This document shows positions 41,806 to 54,000 of a DNA stretch of 64,000 nt, one piece after another. The stretch is taken from NCBI GenBank assembly GCA_964016885.1, contig OZ024741.1:66898001-66962000 (forward strand), read 5' to 3'. Every line of letters starts with the position of its first letter. The stretch's first letter is position 1. The notes below the pieces were generated by a model. That model was not told where the DNA came from. It searched no databases and was given only the letters and a program-made list of their open reading frames with translations. The stretch is from Eledone cirrhosa. Taxonomy: Eukaryota. The translations under genes and the position numbers were made by a program.

Positions 41806-43060
41806 CCGTCGTGCCTTGTCCAACCAAAACGCACGCCAAAATGGAGCGCGCGCTCTTCCGATTCCTTTGGAAGAGGCGGGCTCCTTTGGTGAGAAGATCC
41901 ATCTGCTGCCAACACCCTTCTAACGGAGGGCTGGGGTTGCCGTGGTTGACGATGCGCAAACACGCGCTCAGGCTCCGGCATCTCTACGTATTCCTCACCG
42001 GACAACCGGCGTGGGCCCCGTTCGTGAGGCGAGCCTTCCCACGACTCGTCTCGCTGACCGAGCTGCAGTCCTGGGTCATCAAAGACCGAGGAAAATGGGC
42101 GACTGGCACATCGAATGTGCTCAGGCACTCACAGCCCTCTGGCAGGCGGACCCCGCGATCAGTGGAGCCTCCACTTCGTCATTCTATAGAGGGTTGGTCC
42201 GCAGCAAGTGCGACGACGCGCTCGGTGAAACTCTAGGCGTAGAGGAAGATGAACTGGCCAGTCTGTTCGGTAGGACCTTCCGCCCGGGACCGATGGACAA
42301 CTTCCAAAAGTCCCTGGCCTGGCAGTGCTACCGAGGAGCTCTACCAGTTCGAGACAAGCTCTACAAACATGGGCGCCCGGGCAGGGACACTGCAAAAAAG
42401 ATCTGTCCGAGGTGCGTGCGAGACGAAGAAACCGTCGCGCACGCATTCATACACTTCCCGGGCGTCACTGACCTGTGGGGCTATGTAGACCGACTATTGT
42501 CGCGGGTGGAACCAATCCAGTTGACCACCGAGTCCATTGTCATGATCAAACCGCCACCCTCCTTCAAAAACGAAGGAGAGACGGTTTTCCTTTGTGTGAT
42601 AGCTATGGCGAAAGAGGTTGTATGGTGGACAAGGTTGAAAGGGCTGAGGTCAGACACCTTTCTCTCCGGCCAACAACTGATTCTTTTTTTCAAATACCAC
42701 TTTGGAAGAAGAATCAGGATGGAGAGAGAGGTGCTGTACCCCAGCAAGTTTTATGAAAGGTGGGTGAAAGTGGCGAGAATGGCCCGAGTGAATGGGCCTT
42801 CTCTCTATATCAGCCTGTAGGTTGAGGAAAAGGAGGAGGAGAGGAAAGGAGTACAAGCTCTTCGTACTCCTGGAGATGAGGGTTGCACATTTTTTTTCGG
42901 GGGTATGTGTTACCCATATAAACTGTCTCCCTCTATTGGGGAAAATCGACTAACTTTTAAATTCCATCTGTGATAACATTTTACACGTTTTTATTGTATG
43001 TAAACTTCCCCCTTTGTATTTGTCCCCTTCTTTTGTGCCCCTGTGGCTAATAAAGAAATA
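41806..43060 (+). mobile_element. Tx1-clade LINE copy B, 5'-truncated at the same base as A, one frameshift; 18-bp TSD
   Basis: Near-identical to A. TATCTATCTATCTCCAGA occurs at 41788..41805 and 43061..43078. Confidence 0.93.
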
Positions 43061-43280
43061 TATCTATCTATCTCCAGATGGCATAGACGTTCTTCACATC
43101 GGCTCCGCGAATATTGGAGATATTACGTGTTAACAGTAAGTGTTGGTCTGTATTCTTGCGTTATTGTGTTAATTAACCCCCTTGCCTGGGTCTTCGGACA
43201 CTAGGGTTAATTTATTTCACCCCTTTTGGGGTGAAATTTTTCATCCTAAAAATCTTGCAATTGTCTCTACGCTAGTGGTA

Positions 43281-45161
43281 ATGGAAGCCATTACCACAGG
43301 TAACGATGATACGCCCACTAAACAAACTGAAGGAGAGCGGGTAGCTGAGGCAACAAGCCACCCTACTGAAAGAATAATGATTATTAGAAACATTGAAAAA
43401 GTGGAACCTAACCCTAATGAAAAAAATGTGAAAAAAATTAACTCGGAGAAATTGCCAAAATTAATGGATGCCGTTTCGACTTTTCACGGCGCCACGCCCA
43501 CCAGCAAAGGTGAAAGAGAAGTAGTAGCTGTGACTACAAGTCTCTCGGATAATGAAAATATAAGTGAAGATTTTGAAAAAATGGAGTCTAACCCCAAAGG
43601 GGAAAAAAATGTGAAGGAATACACCAACATAAATAACACAAACTCAACAAAAACAACTTTCGCCCAGACAACAAAAAAATCAATCACATATACACCTATT
43701 GACTTAACTGCCGCCAGAGAGAAACTGGCAGAAGCAAAAAAGCACATAGTCTTGTGGGAGAACGGAATGTTTTCCATTAATCCCCCCCCCCGGAATTCAA
43801 GAAAATGAGACAAGAAAACACTGTTTTGTTTAGAACAGTCCTAAACAACACAAGGAAGCCAGCACAGCCCACCCAAATGGAGATAGAGTTGGTCCTAAAA
43901 GACCATATGAAGAATATTCTCTTCATACGAAAGGACCGACTCTATGGCAGCATTTCTGTTTTAACAAAAGACATAGAAACAGCACAGAGGCTGGGAATGG
44001 GCCTCGACCTACTAGTACAAATGAGGCCCGAAAGAATAGCGCAAATCCCGGATCGCATCTGGCTGGATGACCTCACCCCAATATATATAATTGTAGAGGG
44101 GAGAAGACCAGCATGCTATTCATGCATGGAAAGGGGACACGTTAAGGCTAACTGCCCGAATCGTATCCTCCAAAAAGGACTATTGCTCACACCCACCACA
44201 AACAGTACACCAACACCACCCACCTCCAAACATACACTAACACCACCAACACACACAGCAAACAAAATACAGCCACCACCAACCACAAGCACAACACAAA
44301 TATCACCACCACCAGCACCAAACACAAGCACGACACAAAAATCACCACCACCATCACCAACCACAAGCACAACACAAACATCACCACCACCATCACCAAC
44401 CACAAGCACGACACAAACATCACCACCACCACCACCACAAAACACATTCCAAACAAAAATAAAAGAAACAGCAACAATTCTACCCCTCCCGCAAAAAAAA
44501 ACAACCAGACACCACGTCCCTCCCACCTAGCGCTGAAGAGTTTCCCCCAACTTCTGAAGAAGAAGGAGGAGAAGCCTTCAGACAAGTTAAAAGGAAAAAA
44601 CGAAAGCACACACCCAGCTCACCACAACAACAAATAACCCACACACAAACACCAACTCCAATCAAAAACACCCCACCCTCGACAAACAAAAATAAATCTG
44701 CGCCTCCCCGCTTCGAAACATTGACAGCATCACAAAAAAAGACTTTACAATACACATATATAAATAAAGAAAACAAAAAACTATTTAAATTAATAAACAA
44801 TAGCCCTTTGGTGCAGACCGAAGGGCCAAACTTTATCTCAACAGAGAACTTCACTCATTTAAAAATGATAAAGGTCCCTCTGGACCTTTATCGTTCCTTA
44901 AAAGAACAATTTAAACAGGACGTGAGCCCCCCCCCCCCCCCCTGTTTAAAACCGTTAAATCGCGTCCTCTTGAAAGATTTCCCCATAACCTCCCCTCTCC
45001 CTGACACAACTCCAAATACCCTAACTCCACCACACTCGGATACCCCCACACCACCACAAAACATCCCTCCACCCAACACACCCGACCCCATGGAAATTAC
45101 ACAAAACGGAGAGGTAGGTGCTTTTCTTTCTTCACTTTCAACACCAAAACAGATCAATTGA
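43281..45161 (+). pseudogene. Copy C ORF1 (gag-like, CCHC knuckle), frameshifted and with an internal deletion
   Basis: FIRKDRLYGS and VEGRRPACYSCMERGHVKANC (CX2CX4HX4C). Lacks about 55 aa that copy D has upstream of G.G.EL.VQM. Confidence 0.85.
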
Positions 45162-48100
45162 GAGTTGGTTGTTTGAATGCGCATGGCCTGGGCTCAGCTT
45201 GGAAGCAAGCAAAGCTTCTAAGTGACCTCAGGTCACGAAGTATAGATGTGATGGTTGTTTGCGAGAGTCTGATCAGCAGCGTGCGACAGCTGGCTCCCGC
45301 CTTCGATGACTTTGAGATGCACGCATCTCTCTGTCAACCCGGTGGTGGGGGTGGGGTTGCCGTACTGCTGGATAAACGTCTGGCTCTCGACGTACAGATT
45401 GTTCACTCGGACCCGGGGTGGGGGGTCGATTACTGGTGCTGGACGTCGGAGGCGGTGAAGGCGGGGCTTTCAGACTGGTCGGTCTTTATGCCCCCTACGG
45501 GGCTGAAAGAGCCGACTTCTTCCAGCGTCTGGAGACTTTTCAATAACGTCGCGTTCCCTGCTTTTAGTGGGGGACTGGAATGGAATCCTAGATGCGCGTT
45601 GGGACTATGCAGGGGCATGTCCCGATAGAGGGGGGTGTAGCAGCCTCCAGGGGTTACTCGATCGATTCGACCTGGTCGATAGATTTCGACTAGATTTTCC
45701 AACTGTGCCAACCTGGACCTGGGCAAACCGCAGTGGACAATCTAGATCGTACCTAGATAGGTTTTTGGTTAGGAGTAAGGATAGGGACGTATTTAGTTGT
45801 CCAGAATTGCTCATGGTTGGCTATACAGATCACAAATTAGTGACCTGCGTGGTCAACCTTGATAGAACGCATAGACAGGGTCCCGATTACTGGAAGATGA
45901 ACTTGTCCTTGCCGGCAAAGGAAGCTTACAGAACCGGATTAGTAGCTTAGTTAAGATGCGGTTGACGGGAGCGATCGTCAACAGCAGGTGGTGGGTATCT
46001 CTAAAGAGAGAGATTAGAGTAAGTTCGATAGGTTACAGTAAGGAACTAGCGGCGAATAGGAGGGAAAGGGAGTTGACAGATAAATTAGAAGAGGCGATTA
46101 GGAGCGGAGACGTGGCCAGAGTGTTAGCGTCGAGAACGGCGTTGAGCCAGTTCTTTGACGTGAAGCACGAAGGCTGCGTTGTCCGAAGTAAAATACGTGC
46201 TTTAGGAAACGAGGGGACCAAAGCTGTTAGCTGGGACCGCGCGACAGAAGCCAAGAGTGGGATTAAATCCACCATTCGGTCTTTGCGAGACCAGGATGGA
46301 CGGGTGATCCTTGAACCTGAGCGGATGTGCGAGGCCTTTCAAAGGCACTTTGCTCGACTGTTCGGAGGGGGCTGAGGGCCGGACGGGGATGTGGACTTCG
46401 GTCCATACCTTGACGGTCTACCGCGTCTTTCGAGCGGCGAAGCGGAGTGCTGCGAAAGGCCAATCATAGCCACTGAAATCGGGGAAGCGCTCAGCCAATG
46501 CAGCAGACGCAAATCTCCGGGTTTCGATGGTCTACCATGCGAACTTTATTTAGCTATGCCGGTCTTGTTCTCCGAACTCCTCGAGGCTGTCTATTGCAAC
46601 TGGCAACAGAACGGGAGAATTCCTGTTCTGTGACCAAGGGCGTAGTCACGCTAGTGAGGAAGGACGAGAGCAAGGGGGACGACTTAAGTAACTTTAGGCC
46701 CATAACTCTGCTGAATGCAGAGTTAAAGATTTTGGCCAAGGTGTTAGCGAAGAGGTTGGCGCTTGTGATGGGTGGCTTGGTGGGAGACGCGCAGACATGC
46801 GCTATCCCGTCCAGGTCCATTCACGACAACCTCCACCTCATGCGATACATCGTAGAGAGGGTTGGGAACGAACCCGGCTTTGGTGGGGCCCTGATTAACT
46901 TGGATCAATCTAAGGCGTTCGATAGGGTCGACCATGGTTACCTGGATGCGGTGCTAGCGGCGGCTGGCTTCGGACCCGTTTTCAGGGGCTGGATTTCTGC
47001 CATGCACAGTGGCAACGTCTTCTCTATCTTCTCTAGGGTTAAAGTAAACGGCTACCTCTCGGAGCCGTTTCAAATCACCCGGTCCATCAGGCAGGGGTGC
47101 CCCCTCTCCTCCCTTCTGTACGTATTGGCTCTCGAGCCAGTGCTGCGGAAGTTGGAGTTGCTGCGGGGCATACCCTTGGAACCGGGATTGCACAAAGCGG
47201 TCTCGGCCTATGCCGACGACGTAACAGTAATGGTGGCGGACGCGTCGGAAATCGGGGCGATCGCCACCCTACTGGAGGAATACGAAAGGCTGACGGGGGC
47301 TAGGCTGAACCGGGACAAGTCAGTCGGTTTGCAACTCGGAACGTGGAGGGGCAAACCGATGCCGTTAGACGGTGTCGTCGGACGGTGGACGGAGGGCCCG
47401 GTGAAGCTGCTCGGGGTCTGGTTCGGACCGGACCTCCAGGTGGAGAAGGATTGGGGCGAGGTGACGAGCAGGGTATTTGCGCTGACCCAGAAGTGGGCCA
47501 AGTGCAAACTATCACTGAAAGGTCGGGCGGAGGTGGCGAACGCTTACATAGCGTCCGTCATCTACTACCGCCTGACTGTCGTGCCTTGCCCTAAGGAAAC
47601 GCTCACCATCATGGAGTGCATGCTCTTCCAGTTCCTCTGGAAGAAGCGGCCTCCCATGGTGAGGAGATCCATCTGCTGCCAGCACCCTTCGAAAGGAGGG
47701 CTGGGTATGCCGTGGCTGTTGATGCGTAGGCACGCATTGAGGCTACGGCATCTACAGGTATTCCTCACCGGTCAGCCGGTGTGGGCCCCGTTTGTGAGGC
47801 GAGCCTTCCCACAGCTCGTCTCGCTCACCGAGCTGCAATCCTGGGTGAAGCAAAGACCGAGAAAACTGGGCAACTGGCACACCGAGTGTGCCCAGGCACT
47901 CACGGCTCTCTGGCAAGCGGACCCGACTATCAGTGGAGAATCCACCTCGTCATTCTATAGAGGGCTGGTGGCTAGCAGGGGCGACGACACCCTTGGAGAG
48001 TCGCTAGGCATGGAGGAGGACGAACTGGCCAGCCTGTTCGGTAGAACTTTCGGCCCGGGACCCATGGACAACTTCGATAGGGCCCTAGCCTGGCAGTGCT

Positions 48101-48591
48101 ACCGGGGGGCACTGCCCGTTCGAGAAAAGCTCTACAGACACGGGCGCCCGGGAAGGGATCCCGCGAAAAAGATCTGTCCCAGATGCGTGCGCGACGAGGA
48201 AACCGTTGCGCACGCACTGGTACACTGCCCGGGCGTTGCCGATCTGTGGGGCTACGTCGAACGACTTCTGTCGCGTGTGGCGCCGATTCGATTGGCCGCC
48301 GAGTCTGTGGTGAACATCAAGCCGCCTCCTCCCTTCAGAGATGAAGCAGAGGCGGTCTTTCTGTGCGTAATAGCCATGATGAAAGAGGTTGTGTGGTAGA
48401 CGCGCCTGAAAGGTGTGAGGTCGGGTGACTTTCTCTCCGGCCAACACCTGGTTTACTTCTTCCGATACCACTTCGGAAGAAGGATCAGGATAGAGAGAGA
48501 AGTGCTTGGCCCCAGACAGTTTTATGAAAGGTGGGTGAAAATGGCGAGAATGGCTCGTGTAAATGGGCCTTCTCTCTACATTGTTCTGTAG
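45158..48591 (+). pseudogene. Copy C ORF2 (APE-RT-CCHC), several frameshifts and stops
   Basis: GCLNAHGL, GDWN, YTDH, NFRPITLLN, LDQSKAFDRVDH, RQGCPLS, YADD and CPRC..HALVHC spread across split ORFs. Confidence 0.92.
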
Positions 48592-49098
48592 GTGAAGAAG
48601 TGAAGAGGAAAGGGGGAGCGCCTCCTCTCTGGGCTTCCCCCGGGAAAAGGGTTGCACACTTTTCGGGGGTATGTGCAATCCCCAACACGCCCCCTCCCTT
48701 TTGAGGACTTTTTATTATTATATTATTCTTATTGTTATTCCTTTTTTCTTTACTCGCATTTATGTAAACTCCCCCTGTGTATTTGTCCCTTCCTTTGTGC
48801 CCTAGTGGCAAATAAAGAAATCTATCTATCTATCTATCAATCTATCTATATATTTATCTACCTATCAATCTAGCTGTCGTCTGTTCTACAGTGTGGATGT
48901 CATTCACTTCGCACAGAAGTTTTGTTCAAATTTATTGAGGAAATTTTGTGAGTTCAAACTTAATTTTGATACAATTGTGTAGCTTGACCCTCCGTCTGAA
49001 CTGTCAGGCGGTGGGTCAGCTCATCTTTACCCCTCCTAGAGGTGAAAAACCTGTTTTAAAAAAAATTTTGTGTAAAAAATTTCAATCGTCTAACAGAA

Positions 49099-50975
49099 AT
49101 GTTAAACGCAGCGAACGAAAATAGTGGTGGGGGGACAGCGGTAAGAGTTGTAAGCTCGCACGCTTTAGTCCTCCCTTCCTTCCCAACTAACGTCATAGAG
49201 AAGGAAGGAAAAATGAAAATAAAAACGGACGAATCTGCGGAGAAAAAATTAAATGACGAAAACAACGAAAAAAAAAATTTGAAAAATTGCATGACAATAC
49301 TAATAACACAAACAAAGACACAACAAACAAAAAAATAACAGTTGAAAATAACATCATATCAGAAAACAAAGCAGACGACAGGATTTCATTTGCACAGAAA
49401 ACAAAGAAATCTTTGACTTATATAGCGGAAAACATTTCAGATGTGGTACGAAGGATCACGGACGCAAAACAATACATAAGTGAAGGTGAGAATGGTATTT
49501 TATTGGTAAAAATGCCTCAAGAATTCACGAAAGACATTGAAAGCCGAACGGTCAAGTTTCGGACCATCAACAACAGTACAAAAAAACCTGAACAGCCTTC
49601 TCAAGCAGATATCAAAACAGTACTCGCAGAAGTACTGAATGAAACAACTTTCATAAGAAAAGACAGACTGTATGGAAGCCTAGCAATTATCATGAAGAAC
49701 GAATCGGCGGCAAAAAAATGTGCTTTGTCACCGATTCGTTCGAAAAATTTCACCTTTTATCCATCTTATATGGGAAAAAAAACTCAACGCATATGGCTGG
49801 ATGCAATGATGCCAGATGTGGACTACTGCTGGCTCATAGCTGGCTTCATCGATCCAGTGAATGACAACGTGATTTCCATTGGGAAAACCACAGGCAATGC
49901 GTTCAGTGGAACAGGTATAGAGCTGGTAGTACAAATGAAGCCTGAACGCATCGCCCAAATACCCGACAGAATCCTATTAGAGGACCACGGGTATATAAAC
50001 ATTAGCGTGGAGGGGAGAAGGCCGTCCTGCCATATCTGTGCAGGCAGAGGGCACCTGAAGGCCGCTTGTCCCCAACTCAACAAAAAGAAAACCCTGCTAC
50101 CAACACCAGCTCCACCACCACCACCACAACAGATAAACAAACAACAAAACTCAGTCCCACCCAACCCGTCCCTCAGTAACACCACAACACCACCACAACA
50201 CAAACAGTCACAACACATTACCCCAAAACAAAATACAGGCCCACCCAACCTCTCACTCAATAAAACAACACAACCACCGCAGACACAACACACAACACAG
50301 TCTAACATAGTGACATCCATCTCCCCCACAAAGAAAACCAACACGGAAACATTACCAGCAAACATACCTCTTCCCTCCAACACTGAAGATAACCCAACGA
50401 ATTCGGAGGAAGAAACGGAGTCCTTCAGACAGATTAAAAGGAAAAAAAGAAAACATGTGCAAAACACACAAGGACAAACAACCCCCACCCAAATCGCAAC
50501 ACAATCTAACAAAACAGAAAACACCCCTCCAGCAACAAACAAAACCAAACCTGCCCCTCCCCTCTTCGAAACACTCACACCATCGGAAAAAAAGACATTA
50601 CACTATACTTACATCAACAGAAACAATAATAAATTAAATGAACTCATATACAATAATCCTTCGGTACAAACCGAAGGTGTAAACTTTGTTTCATCAGAAA
50701 ACCACCCACATTTAAAACTAATAAAAATCCCAATGAACCTCTACCAAAAACTAAAAAAGGATTTTAAGGAGGACGTAGGACCACCCTCTGTCAAACCCAT
50801 AAACCGCGTCCTACTAAAAAGCTTTCCCCCTCCCCTTCCCCTCCCCAACACAACTCCAAACACCCCAACCCCACCACACACCGACGACCCCACACCACCA
50901 CAAGACACCCCTTCACCCAACACCCCCGACCCCATGGAAGTCGTGCAACCCGAACCCCGGGAAGCGGAAAGGTAG
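49099..50975 (+). CDS. Copy D ORF1p (nucleic-acid-binding, CCHC knuckle, Pro/Thr-rich linker); one 1-nt frameshift near 49285
   Basis: The ATG 49099 frame matches the copy E N-terminus. D has ttgaaaaattg where E has ttgaaagaattg. Main frame 49287..50975 has CHICAGRGHLKAAC. Confidence 0.8.
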
Positions 50976-51008
50976 GTCTCTACACTCTCCTTTGGCTCTG
51001 CCGCCCAC

Positions 51009-54000
51009 ATGGATGTGTTAAGAGTAGGATGTTTGAATGCACGTGGCCTGGGCTCAACTTGGAAGCAAGCAAAGCTTCTAAATGACCTCAGGTCATGTAG
51101 TATAAATGTAATGGTTATCTGTGAGACTCGAATCAGCGTCATGCGGCAGCTGGCCCCCACCTTCGATGACTTTGAGGTGCATGCATCTCTCTGTCAACCT
51201 GGAGGTGGGGGTGGGGTTGTCGTGCTGCTGCAAAAACACCTGGGTCTTGCCGTACAGGTTGTGCACTCGGACCCGGAGGGTCGTTTGTTGGTGCTAGACG
51301 TTGGCAGTAGTGAAAGTGCGGCCTTGAGACTGGTCGCCGTCTACTCCCCTTTCGGAGCTGAACGGCCCGACTTCTTCCAGCGTTTGGAGACTTTTCTGGG
51401 AACGTCGCGTTCCCTGCTTCTAGCGGGGGATTGGAATGACATCCTAGATGCACGTTGGGACTATGCAGGAGCATGTCCTAATAGAGGGGGGTGTAACAGC
51501 CTCAAGGGGTTACTCGACCGTTTTAACTTGGTCGATAGATATCGACTAGATTTTCCAACTGTGCCTACCTGGACTTGGAGAAACCACAGTGGTCAATCTA
51601 GATCGTACTTAGATAGATTCTTAGTTAGAAGTAAGGATAGGGACATATTAAGCTGTCCAGAAATGCGCACGGTTGGCTACACGGATCACAAATTAGTGAC
51701 CTGCGTGGTCAATCTCGAGAAAACACATAGACAGGGTCCCGGTTACTGGAAACTTAATTTGTCTTTACCGGCAAAAGAGACTTACAGAAACCGGATTAGC
51801 AGATTAGTTAAGGAGAGGTTGACGGGTGCAATCGTCAACAACCGATGGTGGGCATCTCTCAAAAGAGAGATTAGAACAGAATCAATAAGTTATAGCAAGA
51901 TGTTAGCTGCCAATAGGAATAGAAACGAGAAAGAATTAACAGGTAAATTAGAAGAGGCAATCAAGAGCGAAGATGTGGCCAGAGTGCTGGCATCGAGGAC
52001 GGCCTTGAACCAGTTTTTCGATGCAAAGCATGAAGGCTGCGTCATTCGAAGTAAAATACGTGCTCTAGGTAATGAGGGGGCCAAAGCCGTTGGATGGGCC
52101 CGCGTGACAGAAGCTAAAAGTGGAAATCGATCCACCATCCGGTCGTTGCAAGACGAAGATGGACGAGTGATCCGGGAGCCTAAGCAGATGTGCGAGGCCT
52201 TTCAAAAGCACTTTGCCCGATTGTTCGGGGGAGGCGAGGGTCCGGGCCGGGGCGTGGATTTCGGTCCATACCTCGACGGCCTGCCGCGTCTCTCGAGCAA
52301 AGAGGCAGAGTCCTGCGAGGGACCAATCTCGGCTGATGAGATCGGAGATGCGCTGAGCCAATGCAGCAGACGCAAATCTCCAGGTCTCGATGGTATACCT
52401 TACGAACTTTATTTAGCAATGCCGGTCTTCTTCTCCGAACTCCTCGAAGCGGTCTACTGCAATTGGCAGCAGAACGGGAGAATTCCTTGTTCTGTAGCCA
52501 AGGGCGTAGTCACGCTGGTGAGGAAGGACGAGAAAAAGGGGGATAGTATAAATAATTTTCGGCCCATAACCCTGCTAAACACAGAGTTAAAGATTTTGGC
52601 CAAGGTGTTAGCAAAGAGGTTGGCGCTTGTCGTGGGTGGCCTGGTGGGAGATGCGCAGACATGTGCTATCCCATCCAGGTCCATTCACGATAACCTCCAC
52701 CTCATGCGATACATCATAGAGAGGGTTGGCAACAAACCCGGCTTCGGTGGGGCCCTGATCAACTTGGATCAGTCTAAGGCCTTCGATAGGGTCGACCATG
52801 GTTACCTGGATGCGGTGCTAGCGGCGGCTGGGTTCGGTCCTGTTTTCAGAGGCTGGATCACTGCCCTACATAGCAACCACATCTGTTCTAGGATCAAGGT
52901 GAACGGCTACCTTTCAAAGCCGTTCGAAATCACACGATCCATTCGACAGGGGTGCCCTCTCTCCTCCCTTCTGTACGTATTGACTCTCGAGCCTTTACTG
53001 AGGAAGTTGGAGTTGTTGCAGGGTATCCCCCTGGAACCAGGATTGAGCAAAGCGGTGTCGGCCTACGCCGATGACGTAACAGTAATGGTATCAACCGACT
53101 CGGAGATCGAGGCGATCGGTACCTTACTGGAGGAGTACGAAAGGTTGTCAGGAGCGAAACTGAACCGGGAAAAATCCATCGGGCTGCAACTCGGAACGTG
53201 GAGAGGCAAACCGATGCCTCCTGACGGTGTCGTCGGACACTGGACGGAGGGCCCGGTAAAGTTGCTTGGGGTCTGGTTTGGACCGGACCTCCAGGTGGAA
53301 AAGAACTGGAACGAGGTTACGAACAAGGTGTTTGCACTAACCCAGAAATGGGCCAAGTGTAAGCTGTCCCTAAAAGGCCGGGCGGAGGTGGCGAACATTT
53401 ACATAGCGTCCGTCACTTACTACCGCCTGACTGTCGTGCCTTGCCCTAAGGAAACACTCACCACCATGGAACGCATGCTCTTCCAATTTCTTTGGAAGAA
53501 GCGTCCTCCTATGGTGAGAAGATCCATCTGCTGCCAACGACCTTCGAAAGGAGGGCTGGGGATGCCGTGGTTGATGATGCGTAGGCACGCATTAAGGCTA
53601 CGGCACCTACAGGTATTCCTCACTGGTCAACCGGTGTGGGCTCCGTTCGTGAAACGAGCCTTTCCGAGACTCGTCTCACTCACCGGGCTACAGTCCTGGG
53701 TCAAGCAAAGATCCGGAAAACTGGGAGACTGGCACACTGAGTGTGCTCAGGCGCTCAGGGCTCTCTGGCAAGCGGGCCGGACCATCGGTGGAGAATCCAC
53801 CTCATCATTCTATAGAGGGCTGGTGACTAGCAGGGGCGATGACACCCTTGGAGAGTCGCTGGACATGGAAGAAGACGAACTGGCCAGCCTGTTCGGTAGG
53901 ACTTTCGGCCCAGGACCAATGGACAACTTCCAGAAGTCACTGGCCTGGCAGTGCTACCGAGGGGCTCTACCCGTTCGAGAGAGGCTCTACAGACACGGGC

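Larger units (their letters stand above)
43074..48820 (+). mobile_element. Tx1-clade LINE copy C, full-length span, both ORFs disrupted
   Basis: 5' UTR, ORF1 pieces 43281..~45160, ORF2 pieces 45158..48591, 3' UTR ending AATAAAGAAA followed by (TCTA)n. Confidence 0.93.

Noticed and set aside
49823-50578. 251-aa antisense ORF within Tx1 ORF1 (and similar ones in C and E)
   Set aside because: Explained by the A/C-rich sense strand giving few antisense stops; lengths are not conserved between copies.
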